64,000 nucleotides of DNA from Vicugna vicugna (Eukaryota), in contig MU057711.1 of the NCBI GenBank assembly GCA_013265495.1, forward strand, positions 1 to 64,000. The letters are read 5' to 3'. Position 1 is the first letter of the stretch. Each line of letters starts with the position of its first letter. Below the pieces are notes generated by a model. The model saw only the letters and a list, made by a program, of their open reading frames with translations. It was not told the origin of the DNA and did not search any database. A program made the translations under genes and the position numbers. This document shows, piece after piece, positions 40,154 to 52,714 of the stretch.

Positions 40154-41551
40154 CATCAATAGACAGATCATCTAGACCAATAAGAAACCACTGACCTTAA
40201 CTGACACATTGGACCAGATGGACCTAAGATATCTACAGAACTTTACACCCCAAAACAACAGAATACACATTCTTTTCAAGTGCATGTGGAACATTCTCCA
40301 AGATAGAGCACATGCAAGGCCACAAAACAAATCTCAAGAAATTTAAGACTGAAATCAAATCAAGCATCTTTTCTGACCACAATCTTATGAGACTAGAAAA
40401 CAATTTCAAGAAAAAAAAAAAAAACCTGTGAAACCTAAAACTTGTGGGAAAAAAATGCTCCTAGGCAACCAATGGGTTACTGAAGAAATCAAAGAGGAGA
40501 TAAAAATATACTTGGAGTTATATGAAAATGAAAACACAATGATCACAAATCTATGCAATGCAGCACAAGCAGTTCTAAGAAGGAAGTTTATAGTGATACA
40601 AGCTTACCTCAGGAAACAAGGAAAGTTTCAAATAATAAATTTATATGTAAGGGAACCAAAAATAGAACAAACAAAACCCAAAGTTAGTAGAAAGAAATAA
40701 TAGTAGGAATACGTGAAGCACAGACTAAGAAAAAACAATGAAAAAGATCAATGCAACTAAGAGCTGGTTCTTTGAAGAGATAAGCAAAATTGATAAACCT
40801 TTAGTCAGACTTATCAAGAAAAAGAGAGAGGGCCCAAATTTAAAAAATCAGAAATGAAGGGAGATGTTACAAACAACACCACAGAAATATAGAGGATCAT
40901 AAGAGATTACTAGGAACAATTGTATGCCAATAAAATGGACAACCTAGGAGAAATGGATAAATTTCTAGAAACACACACTCTCCCCAAACTGAACTGGAAG
41001 ACACAGAAGACATACTAATTAACAGTAATAATAATAATCATAATAAAAAAAACTGCTAATAAGTAAAAGTCCAGGATCAGAAGGCTTCACAGATGAATTC
41101 TACCAAATATTTAAGAAGAGTTAATATATATCCTTCTCATACTATTACAAAAATTGAAGAGGAAGGAACAACTCTGAAACTATTTTACAGGCCAACATTA
41201 CACTTACACCAAAACCTGACAAAGACACCACAGCTCCTTCCTCTCCCTAATCCTTTGTGCATTCCCTTGTTGGTAGGTTTGCTTAGAGTAGGGTGGGGAT
41301 GATCAACAATGCTCCATTCTTACAATTTCCAAAGCATTTAAGAGGGAGAGGGTGGTACACCACTTTATTAACAGAGGGTGGGAATGGTCATGGGGCTTTG
41401 CCACAGTCTGTCTACCAGATGAGGAGAAGCAAAGGATTGCCTCTTTAATGTACAGTCAGCATATTCCAAAAGGCTCTACTCCCCAGTCTCCATGGCACTC
41501 CATAAGGAGGGTGGTGGCTTCTGCGGTGGTGTTCATTTGCAGTAGAGCAGG

Positions 41552-41885
41552 TTCTATGGACTGAATCATGCCTCTCTGCCCCCATTTCATCTGTTGAAGC
41601 CCTAATCTCCAATGTAACTGTATTTGGAGATAGAGCCTTTAGGGTAATTAAGGTAAAATGAGCTCTTAAGGGTGGAGCCCTAATTCTATAGGATTAGGTG
41701 TTTATAAGAAGAGACACTAGAAACAGAAAAGTTCATGTGAGAACACAGAAGGAAGGTGCCTGTCCCTAAGCAATGAAGAAAGATCTCACCAGAAGCCAAT
41801 CCTGGATATTGTACTTCTAGCTTCCTAAATTGTGAGAAATAACAGATTTGGCAGAAAGGATTTCTGTTGTACAAGTCCCGCAACT
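41552..41885 (+). mobile_element. MLT1A/B-like MaLR LTR
   Basis: ctatggactgaat...gttgaagccctaatctccaatgt...gtatttggagatagagccttt...taattaaggtaaaatgag. Confidence 0.82.
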
Positions 41886-42219
41886 TTCTAGTCCTCTGGC
41901 TTAAGTCTTAGAACTTTTTGTTTCTGTCTTGGCTCAACAGCATCTCTGAGTTGCAGGCTACATTAGTGCCAGGCCAGGATATTTAAGAAAAAAACAAGTA
42001 GACAAACAACCAAAAAACCTAACTAGCTATAAAATCATCACAAAAACAAAAAGAAAAGAACTCATCACTGGATTGTCCCTCTAGTCCTGAGGTCCCTAGC
42101 CAGTCTACTCCTCTGTCCACCTTTCAGTCTTATGATTAATTGTTTTATGTCTTTTATTTTTTCAGGTGTAATTAGCAGGAGAAATAAGGTGCATTTTGAT
42201 AATTTCATTTTCTCTGAAA

Positions 42220-43650
42220 TTGGAAACCCCCATTTTCTCCTGAATCCACTCCTGCTGGACTTTAATCCTTTAAAAACAATCTTGTCCAAATTACTAAGAG
42301 TTTCGCATTGCTAAATCTAATGGTGACTTCTCGAGCTTCAGTTTATCCAGACTCTTAGCAACACTTAACAGTAGTTGATCACTTCCCACTCCTTGGAACA
42401 TTCTTTGCGTAGACACACTGTGGTAGTTTTCCTCACTGGCCACAGTCCCTCGGCGTCCTCTGTTGGCTACTTTCTGTTCCTGACTTGTAGATGTTGGAGG
42501 GCCCTATAGCTCAGTTAACAGACTTCTCCATCTGTACTAATTCCCTAAATTATCTCATTCAGCCTTAAGGTTTTAAATATCAAACATTATATACAAGCTG
42601 ACCAATTCTCAGTTTTTTTCAATTCAGCCTTATATTACCTTTCCTAAACTTTATATTTACATGTCCAACTACCTATGCAACAACTCCTGGGGGATGAGTA
42701 ATGGACATCCCAACCGACGCATATCTAAAACACATTCGACACTTTCCTTCCTCCTGTATCCAAACTGCTTCTCCTCCAGTGCTCCTCAGGAAATGGCACT
42801 GCCACTCATCAAGCTAGTCAGGGCCAGAACCATGGGGTCATCCATGACTCCTCTCATTCTCTTAAACTCTACATTGAATTCATAAGGAAAGCCTGTTGGT
42901 TCTGTCTTAAAATAGTATATAGCAAAACATGACTTTCCCGCAGCTTCACTGTTACCACCTCAATTGACCATTATCTCTTGCCTAGAATTCTGCAGCAGAC
43001 TCCTATGGCTTCCCTTATTCAAATCTTGCCCAACTTCACCTCAAACCCATTTTCCAAACAGCAGCAAGATTAGGAATGATTCCTTTAAAATTCAAATCCT
43101 GCCTCCATTCAAACCCTCTAATGTTTTCCTAGGATGCTTCAAGTAAAATCCAAAGCCTTTACTATGGCCCATAAAGCTGTAAATGATCTGGCCCCTGGCT
43201 ACTTCACTGGACTCATTTCCTGCTATTTTCTGGATCACTCACTCCAGCCATTCTCATTTTCCTGGAATACTTGAACATGATCTTTCAGAACCTCTTACCT
43301 CTACTTAGAATGTTCTTTAACAGATATTTCCATGGCTTTCTGCTCACTGCATTCAGGTTTCCGCTAAACATCACTGCCATAGAAAGGTTTCACCTGATGT
43401 CCATATCCAAAATTACCTACTGCCTCTTAGCTGTCCTCTACTCCCATCCTGTCACACAACTGCTTGCTTAATTTTGTTTTCATGGCACTTATTTCTTACA
43501 TTTTATAATGTATTTACATGTATTTGTCTGTGGTCTATTTTATCCCCCCAACATCAGCTCTAGGAAAACAGGGATTCATGCTGTTATTTCCATAGTATAG
43601 TAGAGGGCCAGGAACATGCTACACCCTCAATAAAACTTGTTCAGTGAGTA
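42220..43650 (+). mobile_element. L2 LINE 3' portion
   Basis: cattgctaaatctaatggt...cagttgatcact-like...atgtccaactaccta...caaagcctttactatggcc...ctcaataaaacttgttcagtgagt. Confidence 0.82.
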
Positions 43651-44149
43651 AAGTAATGACCAAGTTTTATGATGCAATCTGTAGTTCTCATGTGGCTATC
43701 TCCTTCTCACCATTTTAGTTTAATTTCAAATGTTATTTCTTTGGCAATGCCTGATGTGACAAACACAGGTTGAAGCAGACATCTTGCCTCAGCCCCAAAC
43801 TCCAGAATGTAAAGGTCAATGAGAATCAAAGGCCTTATCTTTTCTTATTCCTATTCTATCTTTAGTACCTGAAAAAATGCCCAGCACTATTTAGTTTCTA
43901 AGTGAATGAATACATGAATAAACATAAGTTTCTTAAGAGAAAAAAATATCTTGACAAACTGAAATAACAGGGATTAGGATAGAAGAAAGAGAAAACAGAT
44001 AATCAGTTTAGTAGATTAAAGGAATATTTTAGCTATTTTCAAGGTTATTATGGTAAGGAAAGACAGTTTTATTCCTGTTAAATAACATATTGTATTGCCT
44101 CCATTTTTGCAGATGAAGACAACGCTCTTTTAATAGTCTATGAGTTTTC

Positions 44150-44475
44150 TTTCTTATTGTGGAAAACATACCTAATTTACCACTTTTAACAATTTAAAAG
44201 TATACAGTTCAGGAGCATTACATACATTTACACTGCTGTGCAATCATCACCACTATCAAGTTCCAGAATATTTATCATCTTCAAAAACTGAAGTGCTATA
44301 CTCATTAAACAGTAATCCCCATTCCCCTCTCCCCCAGCTCCTGGTAACCACCATTCTAATTTTTGTCTCTATGGATTTGATTACCCTGGGTACTTCATAT
44401 AAGTGGAACAATACAGTATTTCTCCTTTTGTCACCGGCTTCTTTCACTTTGCATAATGTCCTGAAGGTTCATTCA
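44150..44475 (-). mobile_element. L1MB-type 3' end
   Basis: tatacagttcaggagcattacatacatttacactgctgtgcaatcatcaccactatc matches an antisense L1 3' UTR. Confidence 0.8.
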
Positions 44476-47130
44476 GGCAGAATAATGGCCACCCAAAGAT
44501 CGGCTGATGTGGGCCTCAGCAGAACAAGAATAGTTTCCAGAAGCTGAAAGAGGTAGAGGATAAACTCTCCATTTGAGACTCCAGAAGGAACCAACACTGC
44601 CAAAAGCTTGGTTTTAGCTTTCTAAGACTCATACAGAAATTCTGATCTCCAGAAATGTTGCGGAATAAATGTATATTGTTAAACCACTAAATCTGTGATA
44701 ATTTGTTACAGTGGCAATAGAAAACTAATACATACTTTGGTACCAGAAGTGGCACAGTGCTACAAATACCTAAATATATGGAAGTGGCTTTGAAATCGGG
44801 TAGCAGGTGGAGGCTGAAACAATTTGAGGAGCATAATAGAAAAAGCCTAAACTGCTTCGAACAGACTGCTATTTGTAGAAATATGGATGTTGAAGACTGA
44901 TGGTGAAGGCTCAGAAGAATGATCAAAAAAACCTATACCTTCATAGAGAATACCTAAATCATCATAAATGGATTGTTGGCGGAAAAATGGATGTTAAAAG
45001 CTCTGCTGGTAAGGGCTGAAACAGAGATGAGGAATATGCTGTTGGAAACTGGAGGAAAGAGGATCCTTGAAATGAAGTGGCAAAAGGATTAGCTGACTTG
45101 TGTGCAACAGTTACATGAAAAGCAGAATTTTAAGTGATGAATGTGTCCATTTAACTGAAAAGATTTGAAGAAAGTTTTTGAAGGTAAAATGTGGTTTTAC
45201 TGTTTATGGAAAATGTGACAGGTAAGAAACAAATTGAGGGAGGACTGTTAATCAAAAAGAAACCAGAACTTGATGATTTGGGAAATTTTCAGCCTATGCA
45301 GGTTGAAAAGACAGAAAAATTAAGAGATTCAGTCAGGAAGACATGCTCAAGAGAGAATGTCAAGGACATGCATGAACAATATTTTGCTGCTGTTTTGGAA
45401 GGATCAAAAAATCAAAAGTACTCAATCACAAATAGGGCTCTCTGAAGAGATTAGGTGTGTGACTCATGTACCCCCTTAGCCATTTCAGATGCCAAAAATG
45501 GAGACAGGTTTATCCAAGAAAGATTTGTGGAGAAGCCTCTTATCTGAGGGAGAGAATCCCTTAGAAACATGGCAGAAGACCCATCGAGTTTTTGAAAATG
45601 CTATACCAGCAGAAATACCAGCAGGTTGGATGGAAAGGAACAGGGAGAGAAAGAAATGAAAGAAGGCTATTAGACTCTCAAAATTCTACAGGCAGGAAAT
45701 ATGCTGATGAACCACTTGGCTGCAAACATGTAACACCTTTTAGGAGAAATGGACAAGCTGTGGGCCTGTGATGGCGCTGAGGGCCTCGGACCTAATGTAG
45801 TATGTCTGGTTGGATTTTGTAATTGTTTAAAAGCAGTAATTCCTTTTTTTCCCTTAGCTTTCTCCCTTTTTGAATGGGAATATCTATAATTATCCTATGC
45901 TTATATTTATAATTATCCTATGCTTGTCTCATCATTGTATTTTTATTTCTAGTTTTACAGATCCATAAACAAAAACTAATTTTGCCCTAATATCAATTTA
46001 CCCTGATAGCCGTACATGTGTCTAATTTAGGTAATATACATAATGAGATTTGGGACTTTTGAGACTTTTTGTCATTTGAGACTTAAATGACATTCTGGAC
46101 TTGGGATGATGCACTAACAGGTGGAGATTTTGGGGGATATTGAGAAGGAGTGAGTGTATTCTGCATGTAGTATGATGGTGAATCATTAGGAAGTCAGAGG
46201 GTCTCATCATAATAGGCTGAATAATTGTTCCCCAGAGAAGATCATGATGTTCCTTATCAAAGGGAAACAGGAACATGGGAGCAAGGGAGAAGATGTAAGA
46301 ATGGAAATAGAGAGGTCAGAAAAGAGAAAAGATATTGATGGTTAATTTTATGTGTCAACTTGATGGGGGCATACAATGCCCAGGCATATGGTTAAATATT
46401 ATTCTGGGTATGTCTTTGGCAGTGTTTCTGGGTGAGACTAACATTCAAGTTGGTGGTTCAAATTCCTAAGGCAGATCACTTTCCCTAAGGTGCGTGGGTC
46501 TCATCCCACTAATTAAAGACATGAATAGGACAAAAAGGCTGACTAAGAGGGAACTCCTTCTGCCACTGCTCAGCCGGGACATTGGTCTTTTTTGGCCTTG
46601 GGACTCGGACTGAAACACTGCCTTTTCTTGGGCTTTGAGCCTGGTTGGAATTTGGATTGGAACTTAAACCATCAACCTTCCTGGTTCAGATGAGGACTGG
46701 AACTACACAATGGCTCTCTTGGGTCATCAGCCTGCTAAGTGTAGGTCACAGGACTTTGCCTCCACAATCATGAGAGCCAATTCCTTACAGTAAATCTCAA
46801 TCCCTCTTCCTCCCTCCCCCACTCTCTGAGTTTCTATCTGTATATCTCCTATTGGTTCTGTTTCTCTGGAGAACCCTGAATAATACAAAGATGCTACGCT
46901 GTTGGGTTTCACAATGGAGGAAGAGGCTATGAACCAAGGAATGTTGGCAGCCTTGAGAACCCGGAAAAGGCAAGGGAAGAGATTTTTAGCTATGGCCTCT
47001 AGAATGAACCAGCATTGTTAGCACTCTGACTTTAACCCAGTGAAACTGATTTCAGACTTCTGACCTCCAGAATTGCAGCAGAATACACTTGTGCTTTTCA
47101 GAGATACTATGTCTGTGGTAATATATTAAT
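44475..47130 (+). mobile_element. MaLR (MLT1-type) provirus relic: LTR, internal region, LTR
   Basis: 5' LTR ends gaaaactaataca (~44732), followed by the typical MaLR internal start tttggtaccagaagtgg. The internal region runs to ~46205. The 3' LTR starts taataggctgaataat and is split by an MLT2. Confidence 0.82.
46334..46887. mobile_element. MLT2 (ERVL) solo LTR nested in the MLT1 3' LTR
   Basis: tgatggttaattttatgtgtcaacttg...gagaaccctgaataataca. 5-bp TSD aagat at 46329-46333 and 46888-46892. Confidence 0.88.
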
Positions 47131-48116
47131 ACACAGTCCACTGTCATTCTTGGTACTCTTTGACAACACTGTGCCAGTCACCACTTGAAGCCTGGATAAA
47201 TAAAATTTAGAATATACATGCTGTGGAAGATTATTAATAAAAAGAGGTATTTATACATGTTACAACATAGGTAAACCTTGAAAATACTATGCTAAGTGAA
47301 AGAAGCCAGTCATGAAGGACCAAAAATTGATTCCATTTATCTATAAAAAGCTAGATCTTGCTACTACAGGTCTATTATGTTTTTTGTTTTGTTTTGTTTC
47401 TTTTAAATCATGTGTAGTAGCAACACTGAAAACAGTGGCCCACTACAGCATTCAATCTCCCAGTCTTAGGGAGAAAAGGCTGAAAATGAGGTCTGGAAAG
47501 ACTTGGCATATTTTAAGTCACTTCCTGAAATCAACAGAAGAAAACTTTTTGCTGACACCTTTTAATTTTCCCTTTTCATTCTCCTTTGGAAGCTCCTGTG
47601 GTACAAAATTAACAGGAATAAAATAGCCTTTAATCCTTTCTCTGACAATAATCTGTGTGGTCTGTAGGTGGTAGGAGTTCACCTAGCTATCACAGATCTT
47701 TTGGAACTAAAGTTGACATTCATGTTGTTGACAGTCTAGTTTAAATATATTTCTTAATAAGGTAAGATTTGGAGGGAAGAGGAAGGAATCATGTTTCATT
47801 TAATCACACAAGAAATTTACAAGGTAGGTACAGTCTTCCTTACTGTATAGATTTATAGATATATAGACAGGCTAAATACCTTGCTAGAGGAAACAGAGTT
47901 CCTAGTGGCAGCACTGGATTGAAGCTGAAGACTGAAGCCCATGTTTTCAAAATTAAATTAAAAATTTTTTATCCTAAGCTTCAATTAGAAGTAAACTTTT
48001 CTTTTAACCCCATGTGATACACAATGTAGTGGAAGAAACATGTGTTTTACAATGCACCCTAAGTCAAATCCCTTTCGGGACAAACGTTGTCAAACATTGG
48101 GAGAAAAAAAAGAAAA

Positions 48117-48927
48117 GGACATCAGCGTCATGGTGGAGTGAGATGCTCCCCTTGTTCTCTCCTTCAAGTCTAAAGCCAGTAAAACATCCACAACTCAACA
48201 AAGGTGTCTCTGCCCAACACATCAGGCTAGAAAATTCATACATCTGCATATTTAAAGTGGGTGGAAAAGGGGGAACAGTGAAGGCAGTAACTACAACCCT
48301 GCTCACATGGATCCCTGGCAGCAGCAGCTGGGCCCATGGCCACAGAGAACCCAGTAGCAACAGGGGCCATGGCACATCCGACTCTGGCCTCCTGGCTGCT
48401 TGTGCTTGTGGCTACAGTTAACAAGGAAGCAGTGGCAGAAGGACTATGGTCCCGTCCCTCCAGCTGTGGAGGCGCCCACGACTCTGGCCCCCCACCCACT
48501 GCCTGCAGCAGTGGTACCCATGAACCAGAAAACAATGGACACGGAAGGGGTACCCACAGCCCTGGCTCCCTCTTGCTCTTTCCCTCCCCCAGTGGTGGCG
48601 AGGCCTGTGACTCAGGAGACCCAGACACAGCAGCCCACCACGAACGTAATACGTAAAATACAAACAAATAAAAATCCTCCCAAATATGTGATCAAACCAA
48701 ACCAAAGAAAAAATGTAGATGCAAAGAATAGAGCAGTAGTGACCAAGGGGAAGGAGCGAGTGGGAAGGAGGGGGAAATGGATAAAGGGGATTAACTGTCT
48801 GGTGACAGATGGAAACTAAATTTTTGGTGGATGAGCACACTGCAGTGCATATAAACAGAAATGTAATGTCGTACACATGAACTTTGTACAATGTTATAAA
48901 CCAATGGTACCTCAACAGGAAAATTTG
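48117..48927 (+). mobile_element. L1 5' end fused directly to an L1 3' UTR (no ORF1 or ORF2)
   Basis: GC-rich L1-like 5' end (ggacatcagcgtcatggtggagtgag) runs to ~48650. It is followed by an L1 3' UTR ending aatgttataaaccaatggtacctcaa. Flanks are aaaaagaaaa on both sides. Confidence 0.7.
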
Positions 48928-49708
48928 AAAAAGAAAACTTGTTTGTGTTTTCTCTTTTCATGAATGTATCTGACCTCAAGGACACAACAGGTCTGAATCT
49001 AAGTTTTCCCAATTCATGGACTATTAGGAGAAGCATCTTCAATTCTGTCATTCTGGGAAACTGATTCTATGCTACCAGTTTCTAACAACATTAGTATAAC
49101 TTATACAGCTAGTAAGAATTATGAAAACAGAAGTTCAAAATCTCCCATGTTACTGTTCTTTTGAAGAAATTCGGTTACTGTTCCTTAGAGGCAATAAAAC
49201 TTTGTGGCTACTATCTAGGAAGGAAAATGAAACAAAATTGATTCACGTATATAGTCTAGAATGCTTTCTCCTTTTCCAGCAACTGCTCACCAATTATAAA
49301 AGTTAACTGTAAATGCTGATGATTCAAGAGTTAAAAAGCTTACTTTGCTTTATATTAGCATAATTTTATGCAAAAACGAAGTTAGCAGTGAACTCATCAA
49401 TTATATAGAAAATGCTTACTGGAATTTATCTTGGTAGCTGTGGTGACTAAGTAATGAAATTTATTAACACAGTTCATCTGGAAAGATTAGCATATACTCA
49501 TATCAACTTAGAAGGCTATACTCTGCCAAATTAGCATTCAGGATGGAGGAAAATAAAGAAGTTTTCAGACCTGTAAGGTCTCGGAAAGAGTCTGCAGATT
49601 CTCCTTGATAGAATTACTTGACAATGTATCCAGAAAAATAACAGATGAAACAAAGAAAGAATGGAAAACATGGGTGTTCAATGGTGGTCAAAGAAACCAG
49701 CAAACTTT

Positions 49709-49927
49709 AGGAGGGATAAACTGGGAGTCTATAGATACTAGCTACTATATATAAAATAGATAAACAACAAGGTACTATTGTAGAGCACAGGGAACTATAC
49801 TTAATAACTTGTAATAGACTATAATGAAAATATGAAAAGTAATATATATGTATGTTAACTCAATCACTATGCTATGCATCAGAAATTAACACAACATTGT
49901 AAATCGACTATACTTCTAAAAAAAAAA
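49709..49927 (+). mobile_element. Cetartiodactyl-type L1 3' UTR fragment with A10 tail (head of the putative transduction)
   Basis: ggagggataaactgggag...ctactatatataaaatagataaacaacaagg...cacaacattgtaaatcgactatacttc is homologous to 30790-31020. Confidence 0.9.
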
Positions 49928-50169
49928 GACTGTTTTTTTTTAAACAGAAATCAGAAATCCATACTTCTATATGAATTCTCCTGATTATTCAAGGAAAACA
50001 GGCCACAGGCTGAATTCAGCCCACAGATCACATGTATGCAATTTCTGAAAGAGAGGCTTTGAGTAATCCAATAATAAGCCTGGTCTAACAATTCTATATC
50101 AAATTTGGGACAAATTGAAAAATAGAGTTGGAACGTACAGAAACATCATCCATGACACAAAAGCAGATC

Positions 50170-52250
50170 ACCTAAAAGATGGATAATTTTGCCCACGTCA
50201 AAACTAACAATATCTGTTCAATTACTAAAAAATTTCTTAACTAGAAGAAAATGTTTGCAACATATATACTTGATAAAGGATTAGTGCCCAGACATATAAT
50301 TGCTACAAATTAGTAAGAATTAAAAAAAAAACAGCTAACAGAAAAATTGGCAAAAGCAATCCAAAGGAGAGAAAATACAAATGGCCTTATAAACATATAT
50401 AAAAATATTCAACCTTGCTAGTAATGAGGGATATGCCAATTCAAGCAACAATGAAAACCATTTTTTCTGTCAGTTTACCACGTTTTAAGTTTAATCATAC
50501 CATGTCTGCAGTGATGTGGAGAAGTGGGCAACCTCATAAAATACTAGCAGGGAACACAATGCTGCTTTGAATGACAATTTGACTTCATTTAAAAATTTAA
50601 ACATACGTGTCTTATGATCCAGAAATTTCACTTTTCACATCAAACCATAGATATTTTCTCACAAATACACAAAGAGGCATGCTTGAAAATGTTCACTGTT
50701 ACAGCAACAAATGGCAATTACCTCAATGTGTACCAATGGAGAAATGGTCAAACTATAGTATGTCCATTTGATGCAGTTCTATACAACAGTTAAAAAGAGT
50801 AAGGTAGATGTGTCTGCGTATTCCAGTGTGAAAATACTACTGTATTATTATCGCTAAAAGAAGTGAACTGCAGAAAAATACCTAAAATAATAATTTTTTA
50901 AAGTCTATAAAACTACCCCTTCCTCATGCCACATACAAAAATCAATTCTAGGCAGACTGTTAAGGTAAATGTGAAAGGCAAAAGAATAGAAGTCTAGAAC
51001 ACAATGTAGGAAATTATTGTCCTGAAACTAGGCTAGGAAAATTTTCTTAAACTGGACAACAAAAGTACAATCCATATGGTAAAAGATTGATAAGCTGGAC
51101 TAGATTCAAATGAAGAGCTTCTGTTGATCAAAAAGACACCTTTAACAGAATGAAAGGGCATACGTGAAACCAATGAAAAGGTCATATACAGAATGCATAA
51201 GGAGCTCCTACAACACTCCTATGGAAAGCTGAAATGGTCACGGAAGCTGAAGGTACACATAGCCTATGACTCCCCAAGTCCTCTCCTGAGTATAATCAGA
51301 CAGGATGCGTGCATGTGTGCATCAAAGACTTGTACAAGAATTTTCACAGCAGCATTTTCTGTACTAAAAAAATTGTAAGCAACCTAAGTGATTAGGCTAG
51401 AGACGGAGGCAAAGCCTAGTAACTGGGAAGTGGCGTGAGGGGGATTTCTGGAGTAATGGAAACATTCTCTATCTTGACCTGGGTGGGGGTTGCATGAGTA
51501 TTTAGCTATGTACTTCTGTGCGTGCTTTTGTACATGTTTGTAATACTTAATAAAAATAATTTAAAAAATATATGGGTAAATACAATTCAACATTTATAAG
51601 ACAGTCTAGAAAATATGAACAATTGATTGTATATTATTCTATACAGAATTCTTGTTAATTTTTTAGAAGAAGCACGTCATTAGGTGTGATAAAGCAAGTC
51701 ATTAGCAAGTCACATAATTATATTTTTAAGAGTATTTATATTTTAGAGATCCATACTAAAATATTAACAGTGAAAGGATACTATGTCTGAGATTTTCTTT
51801 AAAATAATCCATGGGAGGTGTGGGGAGGACACAACGAGGTATAGCTGAAAAAAGACTATGAATTTATAATTGTTGAAGCTGAGAGCTAATAACTTTTGAA
51901 GTTAGGGGATGAGAACATGGAGAAGCTTCATTACATAACTCGCTCTATATCCTGAAATTTTCCAAAATACTAAATATAAAATAATACTCTCTATAAACTA
52001 TTATATGTACATACTATTTATATGCATGTAATACATAATACATAAAATATTTATATACGTTCTCTTTTAAAAAGTCTGCATGTACATGTAAATTCACTGC
52101 AACAGATCTGGAAGGACACAATACACCGAATTAGCAACAGTGATTAATTTGAGGGCAGGGAAAGGGATTGGTAATATTTGTAATGTGTACCTTTTCTCCA
52201 AGTAGAATATAGTCATGTACATCTAATAAAATACAAAAATTAATGCAAAT
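50170..52250 (+). mobile_element. Ancient L1ME/MC fragments inside the putative transduced segment
   Basis: Highly decayed L1 ORF2-end and 3' UTR motifs. Confidence 0.65.
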
Positions 52251-52714
52251 TAAAAATAAAATAAATTAAAAAAAGAAACTAGCAAACTTTGTAGCCAAGT
52301 GTAAATAATTATAGCAAGAAAATGTGAAAGTAAGTACATACATAAATAGGTAAAACTTGGATGATATCAGTACGGTAATATCACTGCATGAGAGTAACTG
52401 GGTAGGAGAAAGAGAATTGAATGTATGCTAAAAATCTTGTCTTAAGGACTGTCTTATCTGTAGTTAGTGAACTAATGTCTAGTTCACTAAAGAAATGAAG
52501 TTTAAACATAAGTACTGAACGTTTAAGTGTAATGACTAAAACAGCAATAAAATTTATAATATACCAACCATCTTAGGAAGTACAAAAGGAAGAAAAATTT
52601 GAATGATTCAACAGAAGGCAGAAAAGAAAGAAGAAAAATGAGATAAAAACAATGAATACAAACATTAAGTGGCAAGAATAAATTAAAGCATGTGTAATCA
52701 CCTAATATCACTAA

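Larger units (their letters stand above)
36538..41231 (+). mobile_element. Long decayed L1: GC-rich 5'UTR, partial ORF1, ORF2 endonuclease region; 3' half lost; carries three nested insertions
   Basis: Starts ggggagtggccaagatggc. ORF 37883 (AENLSEEIIAKNFPNL) is ORF1. ORFs 39530 (MIKGSIQQEDITI...PNIEAPKYIKQIL) and 40428 (NQWVTEEIKEEIK) are ORF2. Homology stops at aaagacaccaca. Confidence 0.92.

Noticed and set aside
45886..45925. Short local duplications (tataattatcctatgctt x2; also ttcttacctagaaa x2 near 9548, tatgagttcttc x2 near 55187, gtcttcagactca x2 near 59766)
   Set aside because: These are two-copy slippage or repair duplications, not CRISPR-like arrays or functional repeats.
48014..49051. 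Cluster of 100-165 aa overlapping ORFs
   Set aside because: They arise from GC-rich L1 5'UTR-like sequence on both strands, with no recognisable protein or splice structure.
52464..52490. Perfect 11-bp inverted repeat ttagtgaacta-N5-tagttcactaa
   Set aside because: A stem this short is plausible by chance in 64 kb of AT-rich DNA, and it lies within a decayed repeat.
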